Shown piece after piece: positions 1 through 8,517 of a stretch of DNA of 33,451 nt. Where the stretch lies: assembly GCA_032154885.1 (NCBI GenBank), contig JALDXP010000001.1, positions 1 through 33,451 on the forward strand, given 5' to 3'. The stretch's first letter is position 1; every line of letters begins with the position of its first letter. The translations under genes were made by a program, and so were the position numbers. The DNA comes from Actinomycetota bacterium. Lineage in GTDB: Bacteria; Actinomycetota; Acidimicrobiia; Spongiisociales; ZC4RG35. The notes beneath the pieces are model-generated. The model saw nothing but the letters and a program-made list of their open reading frames with translations, was not told where the DNA came from and did no database searches.

Positions 1-121
1 TCGACTTCCGGAACCCTCACCTGACCGGTGAATTTCACCCTGACACCGTCACCTCTGCGTCCCTACCCGCCCTATGCAATGCATCAAGATCCCACCCTCC
101 GGTTGAATGTCAAGCCAAGAA

Positions 122-2947
122 TCAAACGTAGGCGTCGAGGGGCGGGCATGCGCACACGAGATTGCGGTCGCCACCGGGACCATCCACGCGGCCGACGGGT
201 GGCCAGTATTTGTCCACCCGGAGCGAGGCCACCGGGAAGGCGGCTGTCTCCCTCGAGTAAACGTGGTCCCATTCGTCCGACGCCACCTGCTCGGCCGAAT
301 GAGGTGCGTTGTGCAGAGGGTTGTCGCCCGGGCTCCACTCCCCGGACTCGACGCGCCCCACCTCGCCGTGAATGGCGATCATGGCCTCCACGAATCGATC
401 CAGTTCCTCGAGGCTCTCGGACTCAGTGGGCTCGATCATCAGAGTGCCGGGCACCGGGAACGAGAGCGTAGGTGCATGAAACCCGTAGTCGGCGAGACGC
501 TTGGCGATGTCTTCCGCGGTCACGCCTGCAGCACGCGTCATGGGTCTCACATCGACTATGCACTCATGGGCTACGCGACCGTTCGTCCCGGTGTACAGCA
601 CCGGGAAATAGGGATCGAGGCGCCGAGCCAGGTAATTGGCCGAGAGAATCGCCACCTTGCTCGCCGCCCGCAGGCCGTCGGCTCCCATCAGGCGGACGTA
701 GGCATACGGGATGGGGAGGATCCCGGCCGACCCGAAGGGCGCTCCAGAGATCGGCCCCACTCCGGTCGACGGGCCTGCCCGCTGACTCATTGGGTGATTG
801 GGTAGAAATGGGGCAAGATGTGCCTTCGCCCCAACCGGGCCCACGCCAGGCCCACCACCCCCGTGAGGGATGGTGAACGTCTTGTGGAGATTCAGATGTC
901 CGACGTCCGCCCCAAATCCGGCCGGCTTGGATAGCCCCACCATCGCATTCAGATTGGCCCCATCGACATAGACCTGGCCACCGTGTTGGTGCACGATCTC
1001 GATCAGCCGTCGCACCCCTTCCTCGAAAACACCATGGGTCGAGGGATAGGTGATCATTGCCGCAGCCAGCCGCTCGGAGTTCTCCGACGCCTTGGCTTCG
1101 AGGTCGGCGAGGTCGACGTTCCCCGAGCTATCGGTGGCGACTACCACGACCTTCATGCCTGCCATCACTGCCGAGGCGGCGTTGGTTCCGTGTGCTGACG
1201 ACGGGATCAGACAGATGTCTCGATGCCCTTCTCCAATCGAACCCTGATAGGCGCTGATCGCGAGCAGACCTGCGAGCTCGCCCTGCGAGCCGGCGTTGGG
1301 CTGCAGCGACACGGCGTCGTAGCCGGTGATGCGGCAGAGATAGTCGGCAAGGTCATCGATCAACTCCAGGTATCCAGCCACCTGCTGCTCCGGCGCATAA
1401 GGGTGGATTGCGGAGAATTCTGGCCAGGTGATCGGGATCATCTCTGTGGTTGCGTTGAGCTTCATCGTGCAAGACCCCAGTGGGATCATGCTTCGGTCAA
1501 GGGCGAGATCGCGGTCGGCAAGGCGTCGCAGGTAACGGAGCATCGAGTGCTCCGACCGATGCAGACTGAACACCGGGTGAGTCATGAACTCCGATTGCCT
1601 GACCAGGTCGACAGGAATCGAGTCGTCGTTGGTGGCGACGACAACAGTCGCGCCAAAAGCATCGAGCAACCGCTCGACGATCTGATCGGTGGTCGTCTCG
1701 TCGAAGGCGATCCGCACGTGGTCCTCATCCACACGCCCGAGATTGATCCCGCGCTTCAAGGACTGCCCTATCAGCTCCTCGGCTCTGCCTGGAGTGGCAA
1801 CGGTGATCGTGTCGAACCACGACCCATTGACCACCTCATATCCGGTGGATCGAAGAGATGCGGCAGTCACCGAGGTCACCCGGTGCACCTCCTTTGCGAT
1901 CTCTTTCAGACCTAGCGGCCCGTGCCAGCAGCCGTAGAAGCCGGCGATCACCGCGAGAAGGACCTGCGCGGTGCACACGTTGGACGTGGCCTTCTCCCGC
2001 CGTATGTGTTGTTCCCGTGTCTGGAGGGCAAGCCGATAGGCGACGCGACCCGACGTGTCATGAGAGACACCGACGAGGCGGCCGGGGAGGCCCCGGACGT
2101 GCTCTTCCCTGGTGGCGATGAAACCGGGATGGGGCCCGCCGAATCCCAGAGGGACGCCGAAACGCTGGGCTGAGCCCACAGCGATGTCGGCACCCCACTC
2201 CCCCGGCGGTGTGATGGAGGCGAGAGCGAGCAGATCGGCGGCCACAGCCACCAAAGCTCCGGCGCCGCGGGCCTCGTCGACCAGGGCCCGGTGGTCCCTG
2301 ATGTCACCCGAAGATCCCGGATACTGGAGCAGCAAGCCAAACGACGCATCGGCCTCGAAGCCCTCGGAGAGCATCCGGATCTCGATCCCGGCCGCCGCGG
2401 CCCGGGTCTTCACCACCTCGATTGTCGGGAGATGGCAATCGTCATCGATGTAGAACACCGACCGATCGCTCTTGGCGAGGCGTCGGCACATGGCCATGGC
2501 CTCGGCGGCGGCGGTCGCTTCGTCGAGCAGCGAGGCGTTGGCCACCTCCAGACCCGTGAGATCGGCGACCATCGTCTGGAAATTGAGGAGGGCCTCGAGC
2601 CGGCCCTGGGAGATCTCGGGTTGATACGGGGTGTAGGCCGTGTACCAGGCCGGGCTCTCCAACACGTTGCGTTGGATCACCGGTGGGGTGATGGTGTCGT
2701 GATAGCCCAACCCGATCAACGAGGTCATGACCACGTTCTTTGATGCGAGGTCTGACAACCTCTCGATCGTCTCGCCTTCGGACAGGGCCTGGGGAAGGTC
2801 GAGGTCTTTGTCGAGGATCGAGGCGGGGATGGTCTCGGTCACGAGGTCATCGAGACTGGCCGCGCCGATCGTCGCCAGCATCTTGTCGACATCGTCAGGC
2901 CGGGGACCGATGTGTCTGTCGGCGAACCGCTCGTGGGGGTTGGGCAT
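122..2947 (-). CDS. gcvP: glycine dehydrogenase (decarboxylating), glycine cleavage system P protein
   Basis: From Met41 of the 981-aa ORF ([15 protein letters not shown]...) this is a full-length single-chain P protein. The PLP-lysine region [18 protein letters not shown] is present. I placed the start at the ATG at 2945-2947 because the 40 upstream codons overlap the glycine riboswitch. Confidence 0.95.
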   Translation of the reverse strand: MPNPHERFADRHIGPRPDDVDKMLATIGAASLDDLVTETIPASILDKDLDLPQALSEGETIERLSDLASKNVVMTSLIGLGYHDTITPPVIQRNVLESPAWYTAYTPYQPEISQGRLEALLNFQTMVADLTGLEVANASLLDEATAAAEAMAMCRRLAKSDRSVFYIDDDCHLPTIEVVKTRAAAAGIEIRMLSEGFEADASFGLLLQYPGSSGDIRDHRALVDEARGAGALVAVAADLLALASITPPGEWGADIAVGSAQRFGVPLGFGGPHPGFIATREEHVRGLPGRLVGVSHDTSGRVAYRLALQTREQHIRREKATSNVCTAQVLLAVIAGFYGCWHGPLGLKEIAKEVHRVTSVTAASLRSTGYEVVNGSWFDTITVATPGRAEELIGQSLKRGINLGRVDEDHVRIAFDETTTDQIVERLLDAFGATVVVATNDDSIPVDLVRQSEFMTHPVFSLHRSEHSMLRYLRRLADRDLALDRSMIPLGSCTMKLNATTEMIPITWPEFSAIHPYAPEQQVAGYLELIDDLADYLCRITGYDAVSLQPNAGSQGELAGLLAISAYQGSIGEGHRDICLIPSSAHGTNAASAVMAGMKVVVVATDSSGNVDLADLEAKASENSERLAAAMITYPSTHGVFEEGVRRLIEIVHQHGGQVYVDGANLNAMVGLSKPAGFGADVGHLNLHKTFTIPHGGGGPGVGPVGAKAHLAPFLPNHPMSQRAGPSTGVGPISGAPFGSAGILPIPYAYVRLMGADGLRAASKVAILSANYLARRLDPYFPVLYTGTNGRVAHECIVDVRPMTRAAGVTAEDIAKRLADYGFHAPTLSFPVPGTLMIEPTESESLEELDRFVEAMIAIHGEVGRVESGEWSPGDNPLHNAPHSAEQVASDEWDHVYSRETAAFPVASLRVDKYWPPVGRVDGPGGDRNLVCACPPLDAYV

Positions 2948-2949
2948 CT

Positions 2950-3090
2950 CTCTCCTCAGGGTGCAATGCCCTCCCCCGCTGTCGTTGCCTTCAGCGATGC
3001 CTCGACCGAACGGTCCAAGTGCCTGAGAGATTCCGGGGAGGAGTTGCCCCTTCGGCGCCCCTGCCAACCAGGGGCTCTCCCATTCGGTGT
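2950..3090 (-). promoter_or_regulatory. glycine riboswitch in the gcvP leader (one clear aptamer plus a weaker adjacent unit)
   Basis: The minus strand reads ...GGGAGAGCCCCTGGTTGGCAGGGGCGCCGAAGGGGCAACTCCTCCCCGGAATCTCTCAGGCACTTGGACCG... This carries the glycine-aptamer hallmarks GGAGAG, CGCCGAAGGGGCAA and CTCTCAGGC..GGAC. A weaker ...GCTGAAGGCAACG... segment follows, then the SD-like GAGGAGAG directly before the gcvP ATG. The boundaries are approximate. Confidence 0.7.
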
Positions 3091-3154
3091 CGATGGCCAG
3101 GCCAGTCTAATTGGCCGGCCGGAGTCACACGTTGAAACGGAGTGAGGCGACATT

Positions 3155-3199
3155 TCCTCCCCCGTAGGGGGAGGTGTCGCCCTTGGCGACGGAGGGGGA
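3155..3199 (-). repeat. REP-like bipartite-hairpin element, copy D
   Basis: The sequence is tcctcccccgtagggggaggtgtcgcccttggcgacggaggggga. Its reverse complement is tccccctcc-[gtcgcc aagg gcgac]-acctcccc-ctac-gggggagga. That matches the architecture and end sequences of the 7457-7556 units. It is intergenic, between the DUF559 stop and the gcvP riboswitch. Confidence 0.7.
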
Positions 3200-3232
3200 T
3201 TCGTCAGGAACGTGATCCGCAGGACGGGAGGC

Positions 3233-3602
3233 TCAGTCGGGTGGTATGCCTTTTGCCTTGAGGTGGGCGACCCACGCCGAAATGGTGTCCATCACCTCGG
3301 GGTATTCCTGAGCGACCTGTCTGTTGGTGAAGCGAAGGACGGGGAATCCCAGTGACTCGAAGTATTGGGTTCTCACACTCTCATCTCGAAACTCATGCGA
3401 TGTGTCGTCGATCTCGACGACGAGCTTCGGGTGGAACGAGCAAAAGTCGGCAATCCAATGTCCGCAGGGGACCTGACGGCGGAACCGAGCTCCACCCGCC
3501 TTGTTCTTCACCGATCCAGACCCTCGCCTCGGACACGGTGAGGCCTCGGCGCAGAGCCTTGGCACGAACCCCAGCGGTTGGCGTGTGCAACGGTCGAGCC
3601 AT
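3233..3602 (-). pseudogene. DUF559 / Vsr-like endonuclease-fold gene disrupted by a single-nucleotide frameshift
   Basis: The N-terminal part (MARPLHTPTAGVRAKALRRGLTVSEARVW, frame of ORF 3393..3602) and the C-terminal part (VKNKAGGARFRRQVPCGHWIADFCSFHPKLVVEIDD...GFPVLRFTNRQV, frame of ORF 3233..3613) together make a typical DUF559 protein. They lie in different frames. Four nucleotides (3512-3515) sit between the TGG (W) and GTG (V) codons where three are expected. Confidence 0.7.
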
Positions 3603-3635
3603 CCAGCGATCATGACGCCAAGGTGGGACAGGAAA

Positions 3636-3680
3636 TCCCCCCTCCCCGGCTGCGCCGGTACTCCCCCCTTCAGGGGGAGA
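3636..3680 (+). repeat. REP-like bipartite-hairpin element, copy A
   Basis: The sequence is tcccccctccccggctgcgccggtactccccccttcagggggaga. The first 33 nt and last 7 nt are identical to the reverse complement of 8470-8514. It has two hairpins (ccggc-tgc-gccgg and ctcccc..ggggag). It sits between the ychF stop and the DUF559 start. Confidence 0.85.
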
Positions 3681-3686
3681 AATGAG

Positions 3687-4769
3687 TCAAACGTTGAAGC
3701 GAAACTCGACCACGTCGTCGGGTCGCATCACGTAGGACTTGCCCTCGGTCCTGACCAGACCTTTTGCCTTGGCCGCCACCCATGAGCCCGCCTCGACCAA
3801 AGCCTGGTAAGCCGCGACCTCGGCCGCGATGAACCCCCGTTGGAAGTCGGTGTGGATGGCGCCGGCCGCCTCGGGGGCGGTCGCCCCGGACCGGATCGTC
3901 CAGGCACGGGCTTCCTTCTCTCCGGCGGTGAGAAAACTCTGCAGGCCCAGGGTGCGATAGGCGGCCCGGATCACGGCATTGAGGCCGGGCTCGTCCTGTC
4001 CCACCGAGGCGAGAAGCTCCCGTCGATCTTCATCGTCGAGCTCGCCCATCTCGGCCTCGATCTGAGCATCGACGAAAAGCGACTCGGATGGGTCCACCAG
4101 ATCCGACAAACGGCTGCGGAGGGCATCGTCGCGCAGACCCGCCTCGTCCACATTGAACAGATAAATGACCGGCTTGGCCGTCAGCAGATGAAGATCGGAG
4201 AAATCAGCGCTACGGGCCATCATCGACGGGACGCTGCTAACCACACGCCCCGAAGCCACCACTGCGCGCAGCTCTCTGAGCAGTTCGACCCTCGGCATGA
4301 GTGTCCGATCGATGGTCGACTCCTTTTCGAGGCGAGGCAGCCGCTTGTCGATCGTCTGGAGGTCGGCGATGGCCAGCTCGGTCTCGATCGTCTCGATATC
4401 CCTCTTGGGATCGAGCTCGTTGTCGACATGGGCAACGCTCTGCGAGCTGAAGCCCCTCACCACATGGCATATTGCGTTCGCATCGCGGATGTTGGCGAGG
4501 AACTGGTTGCCGAGACCTTCCCCCTCGCTGGCTCCCTTCACCAGTCCCGCGATGTCCACGAAGGTGACTGTGGCCGGGATGACCCTCTCCGAGTCGAAGA
4601 TGCCGGCCAGGACCTCGAGCCGGGGGTCGGGTATCGGAACGACCCCCGTGTTGGGCTCGATCGTGGCGAAGGGATAGTTGGCGGCGAGAACGCCGGCATC
4701 GGTGAGCGCGTTGAAGAGAGTCGACTTGCCGACGTTGGGGAGACCGACGATGCCAATGGAGAGCGCCAC
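3687..4769 (-). CDS. ychF: ribosome-binding / redox-regulated ATPase YchF
   Basis: The N-terminal P-loop is IGIVGLPNVGKSTLFNALT. The length is 360 aa and the C-terminus ...DDVVEFRFNV is characteristic of YchF/OLA1. It uses a GTG start. Confidence 0.95.
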   Translation of the reverse strand: MALSIGIVGLPNVGKSTLFNALTDAGVLAANYPFATIEPNTGVVPIPDPRLEVLAGIFDSERVIPATVTFVDIAGLVKGASEGEGLGNQFLANIRDANAICHVVRGFSSQSVAHVDNELDPKRDIETIETELAIADLQTIDKRLPRLEKESTIDRTLMPRVELLRELRAVVASGRVVSSVPSMMARSADFSDLHLLTAKPVIYLFNVDEAGLRDDALRSRLSDLVDPSESLFVDAQIEAEMGELDDEDRRELLASVGQDEPGLNAVIRAAYRTLGLQSFLTAGEKEARAWTIRSGATAPEAAGAIHTDFQRGFIAAEVAAYQALVEAGSWVAAKAKGLVRTEGKSYVMRPDDVVEFRFNV

Positions 4770-4820
4770 CGAGATCGCAGGTTAGGGAGCGGCCCGGGCA
4801 TGCCCACTACCGTCGCTTCG

Positions 4821-5819
4821 ATGGACAGGATCGCAGTGATTGGCGCCGGGTCGTGGGGCACGACCGCCGCAGCCCTCGCCGCTACGGACACGCCCACCAT
4901 GCTCTGGGCGCGCCACCCTGAGGTCGCCGATGGCGTCAACCAGCATCATCGGAATCCCCGCTACCTGCCCGACCATCCCCTCCCCGATGGCCTCGTCGCC
5001 ACGTCGCACCTTGCCGACGCGGTCGCGGGTGCCGGCGCCGTCGTGATGGCAGTCCCGTCACATGGGTTTCGTGGTGTTTTCTCCGAAGCCGCCCCCCTCA
5101 TCGATGCCTCTGTCCCCATCCTCTCCCTGACCAAAGGAATCGAACAAGAGACCCTTGCCACCATGACAAAGGTGATCTCAGATGTGTCCCCGACCCACGA
5201 TCGGGGACGGATCGGCGTCCTGACCGGCCCCAACCTCGCCTCGGAGATCGCCGCCGGCCAGCCAACGGCAGCGGTCATCGCATTTCAGGACCCGGATGCG
5301 GCCGTCTCACTCCAGAAGGTGTTCATGGGGCCGACCTTCCGCGTCTATACCAATGACGACGTGCCCGGTTGCGAGCTGGGAGGTGCCCTCAAGAACGTCA
5401 TGGCGATCGCAGCCGGTATGTCTGACGGCCTCGGGTTCGGCGACAACACGCGGGCCACCCTCATCACCCGAGCTCTTGCCGAGGTGACACGCCTGGGGAC
5501 CGCATTGGGGGGCCGCCCGTCGACCTTCGCCGGGCTGGCCGGGATGGGGGACCTGATCGCGACCTGCATCTCCACCAACAGCAGGAACCACCACGTTGGC
5601 TTCGGGCTAGCCCGAGGAGAGACACTCGATGCGATCGTCCAAGAGATGCAGATGGTGGCCGAAGGAATCAAGACCACTCGAGCCGTCCTCGACCTGGCCA
5701 CCAAACACGGGATCGATATGCCGATCGCGGCCCATGTCGGAATGGTTTTGTACGAGGGGATGCACCCCCGCGACGCCGTCCTGCGCCTCATGACCCGTGA
5801 CCCCAAGTCGGAGAGCTAG
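4821..5819 (+). CDS. gpsA: NAD(P)H-dependent glycerol-3-phosphate dehydrogenase
   Basis: MDRIAVIGAGSWGTTAA is a Rossmann motif, and GALKNVMAIAAG and the other GpsA blocks are present. The long 659-aa ORF is an artefact, because its N-terminal half is antisense to ychF. An alternative in-frame ATG lies at 4800. Confidence 0.92.
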   Translation: MDRIAVIGAGSWGTTAAALAATDTPTMLWARHPEVADGVNQHHRNPRYLPDHPLPDGLVATSHLADAVAGAGAVVMAVPSHGFRGVFSEAAPLIDASVPILSLTKGIEQETLATMTKVISDVSPTHDRGRIGVLTGPNLASEIAAGQPTAAVIAFQDPDAAVSLQKVFMGPTFRVYTNDDVPGCELGGALKNVMAIAAGMSDGLGFGDNTRATLITRALAEVTRLGTALGGRPSTFAGLAGMGDLIATCISTNSRNHHVGFGLARGETLDAIVQEMQMVAEGIKTTRAVLDLATKHGIDMPIAAHVGMVLYEGMHPRDAVLRLMTRDPKSES

Positions 5820-6458
5820 ATGGCGAGGACACCAAATGCGATCCGCCGCCTGCCCGAGAAGTCTGTCGATGATCGAGCAACCATCGACGCCATCCTGGAC
5901 GAGGGCTTCGTCTGTCATGTCGCCTATATGGTCGAAAGCAGGCCTGTGGTCATCCCGACGCTCTATATGCGCGACGGCGACACATGCCTGCTCCATGGGT
6001 CGACCGCGTCGGGGATCGCCGCTGCGGCACGCCGGGGCTCACCGCTCTGCATCGCGGTGACACTCGTCGACGGGCTTGTCGTGGCACGGAGCGGGTTCGA
6101 ATCCTCGGTCAACTACCGATCCGTCGTCATCCATGGACATGGCACTGTCCTCACCGGCGACGCCCATCGACGAGCCCTCGACCTGATGGTGGATGGTCTG
6201 ATCCCGGGCCGACTCGCCGATATCCGGCCTCCCACGGAGATCGAGTTACGCAAGACCGCAGTAGTCGCAGTCCCGCTCGACACGATTTCGGCCAAGATGT
6301 CGGCAGGCCCACCCGAAGACGATGTCGCCGACCTGGGCACCGGGGTGTGGGCAGGGGTGGTGCCGATGACCACTGTCTATGGAGATCCGGAGCCCTCACC
6401 GGACCTCGAGCCAAATGTCGAAGTCCCGGACTATCTAATCGGATACAAGCGTTCTTGA
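5820..6458 (+). CDS. pyridoxamine 5'-phosphate oxidase-family FMN-binding protein
   Basis: The 212-aa ORF starts immediately after the gpsA stop (TAG-ATG junction). The N-terminal pattern ...IDAILDEGFVCHVAYMVESRPVVIPTLYMRDGDTCLLHGS resembles PNPOx-like split-barrel proteins. Family assignment is from recollection only. Confidence 0.7.
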   Translation: MARTPNAIRRLPEKSVDDRATIDAILDEGFVCHVAYMVESRPVVIPTLYMRDGDTCLLHGSTASGIAAAARRGSPLCIAVTLVDGLVVARSGFESSVNYRSVVIHGHGTVLTGDAHRRALDLMVDGLIPGRLADIRPPTEIELRKTAVVAVPLDTISAKMSAGPPEDDVADLGTGVWAGVVPMTTVYGDPEPSPDLEPNVEVPDYLIGYKRS

Positions 6459-6498
6459 TTGAGCGCAACCGCGGCAGGGAGTCCGGTGTTCTAGAGAT

Positions 6499-7458
6499 AT
6501 GACCAACCGTCTGCTGTCCACATCCCACGGCACCAATCGTGATGCCTTCACCGGTCGCGATTGGGCCCGTTTTGTGTCGATCGGCCTCATCTGGGGCGCG
6601 TCGTTTCTGTTCATCGAAGTCGGGCTCGACGCCTTCCACCCGGGTCTGGTGACCTGGATGAGGGTCGGTTTTGGCGCTCTCTTCATGGCCATGCTCCCCC
6701 GTGCTCGATCGACCCCGATCCGACGCGAGGATCGCCCGCGGGTGGCGCTTCTCGCTGTGGTCTGGGTAGCCATACCATTGACGCTCTTCCCGATTGCACA
6801 GCAATGGATCGACTCCGCAGTCGCCGGGATGCTCAATGGCGCGGTGCCGATCTTCACCGCAATCATCGCTTCGGTCCTGCTCCGACAGCTCCCTGGGCGT
6901 CTCCAGATCGCAGGCCTGATCGTCGGCTTCATCGGCATTTTGGCCATCGCCCTCCCGTCGGCAGAATCGGGCAACACTGCTGCCCTTGGCGTGGGCCTCG
7001 TGCTGGTGGCCTGCATCTGTTACGGATTCGCTACCAACATCGTCACACCCCTGCAACAGGCCTACGGGTCGATCCCGGTCATGGCACGGATGCTCTGGGT
7101 GGCCGCAGTGCTCGTCGCCCCGTACGGCCTGTACGGCCTCACCCGGTCCACCTTCGCCTGGGGTTCCCTCGCCGCCCTGATGGCCCTTGGCCTTCTCGGG
7201 ACCGGTCTCGCCTACATCATCATGGGAGGACTGGCAGGCAGTGTCGGCCCGACCCGGGCCAGCTTCATCACCTACCTGATCCCGGTGGTGGCCCTGATCC
7301 TCGGAGTCGTGTTCCGCGATGAGATAGTGGCGCCTGTTGCCATAGTCGGATCGCTCCTCGTCATCGCCGGAGCATTCCTTGCTTCGAGAAGGGAGACCCC
7401 GGCCGCAACCCTGGCAACGCCGGCTGCACCCGATGTCGAGGACGACGACGCGGCCTGA
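6499..7458 (+). CDS. EamA/DMT-family transporter
   Basis: The 319-aa polytopic membrane protein has two EamA-like halves. GC3-rich codon usage is consistent with a real gene. Confidence 0.85.
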   Translation: MTNRLLSTSHGTNRDAFTGRDWARFVSIGLIWGASFLFIEVGLDAFHPGLVTWMRVGFGALFMAMLPRARSTPIRREDRPRVALLAVVWVAIPLTLFPIAQQWIDSAVAGMLNGAVPIFTAIIASVLLRQLPGRLQIAGLIVGFIGILAIALPSAESGNTAALGVGLVLVACICYGFATNIVTPLQQAYGSIPVMARMLWVAAVLVAPYGLYGLTRSTFAWGSLAALMALGLLGTGLAYIIMGGLAGSVGPTRASFITYLIPVVALILGVVFRDEIVAPVAIVGSLLVIAGAFLASRRETPAATLATPAAPDVEDDDAA

Positions 7459-7556
7459 ATGTCCCCCTCCGGCCCTGACGGGCCACCTCCCCTGCTGGGG
7501 AGGACAGAATCTCCCCCTCCGGCCCTGACCGGCCACCTCCCCTGCTGGGGAGGACA
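7457..7556 (+). repeat. tandem duplication (2 x 50 nt) of a REP-like bipartite-hairpin element, copies E1/E2
   Basis: 7457-7506 is gaatgtccccctccggccctgacgggccacctcccctgctggggaggaca. 7507-7556 is gaatctccccctccggccctgaccggccacctcccctgctggggaggaca, with 2 mismatches between units. Each unit holds two hairpins (ggccc-tgac-gggcc and cctcccc-tgct-ggggagg). The tandem fills the whole convergent gap between the EamA stop (7456-7458) and the nurA stop (7560-7562). Confidence 0.9.
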
Positions 7557-7559
7557 TGG

Positions 7560-8462
7560 TCAGGCGGCCGCCCGCCTCAACGCCCTCATCGCCAGGTCAC
7601 GATCGCCGAGTCTGCGGCGCAGCTCACGTTCCAGGCCACCGATCGGATAGAGGTTCTGGGGAGCCCGGGGGTCTTTGTGCCGGGCTGACGCATAGCGGGG
7701 CAGCGAGGCGCTCACCATGTTGGCCCGACGTGCGGCGTCGGCCACGGTCATGTCGGCCTTGACCTCACATCGAACCAGCCCTCCGGCAGGCCCGGTCCCG
7801 TTGGCCAGTCTCAGGTACCACGAGAACCTGCTCCATGATGTCGTGGTCAGGAATAGCGGTGTGCGGCATCCGACCGGCAGGCTCCCCAGGGTGCCCCTCA
7901 GATCTTCGGGCAGGTATTGGACGTGCTGGGTCTTCACATAGCCCACCGCCCCTTCGACATGCCGGCGATGTGAGAGCGGGCCGTCGACTACGACGAGAGC
8001 CACGTCTGCGTTTGCTTCGGCGACCACGCCCTCGAGGTCACCCATCCTCTCCTGGATCCCCAGCCACAGCTCCTCAGGAGTCGATCCCTTCGTGCTCATG
8101 ATCTCGTAGGTCCCCACCGCCGTCTCAACGGAGTCGGCATCGGCGCCGGTGAAGACCCCGCGTCGCACCTCGGCGGCCACCACACGGGCAATGCTGTTGC
8201 AGCGAACGGCCCCGGCAGCGAAGGTGGCGGCCAGGCCAAAACCCGGGAAACGGCCATCGCGGTCGATCCAGAGATTGGCATCGACCCGGCGAACACCGTC
8301 GACGAAGAGGATGTCCGGCGCAGGGTCGCCTTCGGGTGGCATCGGGCGCCACTGCTCAGGGGGAAGCTCGACGGAGGTATCGACGTTCTCCGTCGCATCG
8401 ACGAGATCCGCCTCCGACGGCGCTCCGTAGTCGGGGTCCCATGCTTCGACCGTGAACCTCAT
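7560..8462 (-). CDS. nurA: NurA-like 5'-3' nuclease
   Basis: The 300-aa ORF is the last gene of the herA-sbcD-sbcC cluster. NurA-like acidic motifs are ILFVDGVRRVD near the N-terminus and ALVVVDGPLSHRRH mid-protein. The call rests on these motifs plus gene context. Confidence 0.65.
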   Translation of the reverse strand: MRFTVEAWDPDYGAPSEADLVDATENVDTSVELPPEQWRPMPPEGDPAPDILFVDGVRRVDANLWIDRDGRFPGFGLAATFAAGAVRCNSIARVVAAEVRRGVFTGADADSVETAVGTYEIMSTKGSTPEELWLGIQERMGDLEGVVAEANADVALVVVDGPLSHRRHVEGAVGYVKTQHVQYLPEDLRGTLGSLPVGCRTPLFLTTTSWSRFSWYLRLANGTGPAGGLVRCEVKADMTVADAARRANMVSASLPRYASARHKDPRAPQNLYPIGGLERELRRRLGDRDLAMRALRRAAA

Positions 8463-8469
8463 CTTCTGG

Positions 8470-8514
8470 TCTCCCCTCGCAGGGGGGAGTACCGGCGCAG
8501 CCGGGGAGGGGGGA
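8470..8514 (-). repeat. REP-like bipartite-hairpin element, copy B (inverted copy of 3636-3680)
   Basis: The sequence is tctcccctcgcaggggggagtaccggcgcagccggggagggggga. Its reverse complement differs from copy A only in the 4-nt loop of one hairpin plus one adjacent base. It lies between the sbcC stop (8518) and the nurA start (8462). Confidence 0.85.
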
Positions 8515-8517
8515 CTC

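Noticed and set aside
27-39. Perfect palindrome GGTGAA-T-TTCACC downstream of gcvP near the window edge
   Set aside because: It is too short and too close to the window boundary to interpret as an operator or a hairpin, and it has no repeat elsewhere in the window.
2948-3067. 40-codon N-terminal extension of gcvP
   Set aside because: It overlaps the glycine riboswitch sequence, and the conserved GcvP N-terminus begins at the ATG at 2947.
3840-4820. N-terminal about 327 codons of the 659-aa ORF 3840..5819 (+)
   Set aside because: This part is exactly antisense to ychF and has no recognisable motifs. Recognisable GpsA sequence begins only at MDRIAVIGAGSWG (4821). It is a typical GC-rich shadow ORF.
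7457-7556. Possible CRISPR array
   Set aside because: There are only two directly abutting 50-nt units with no spacers, and no cas genes are nearby. It is a tandem duplication of the REP-like element.
6151-7557. 468-aa ORF on the minus strand
   Set aside because: It is antisense to the EamA transporter and the PNPOx gene and crosses their intergenic spacer. Its composition is dominated by R/G/D/E/H/P low-complexity sequence, and I recognise no family motifs.
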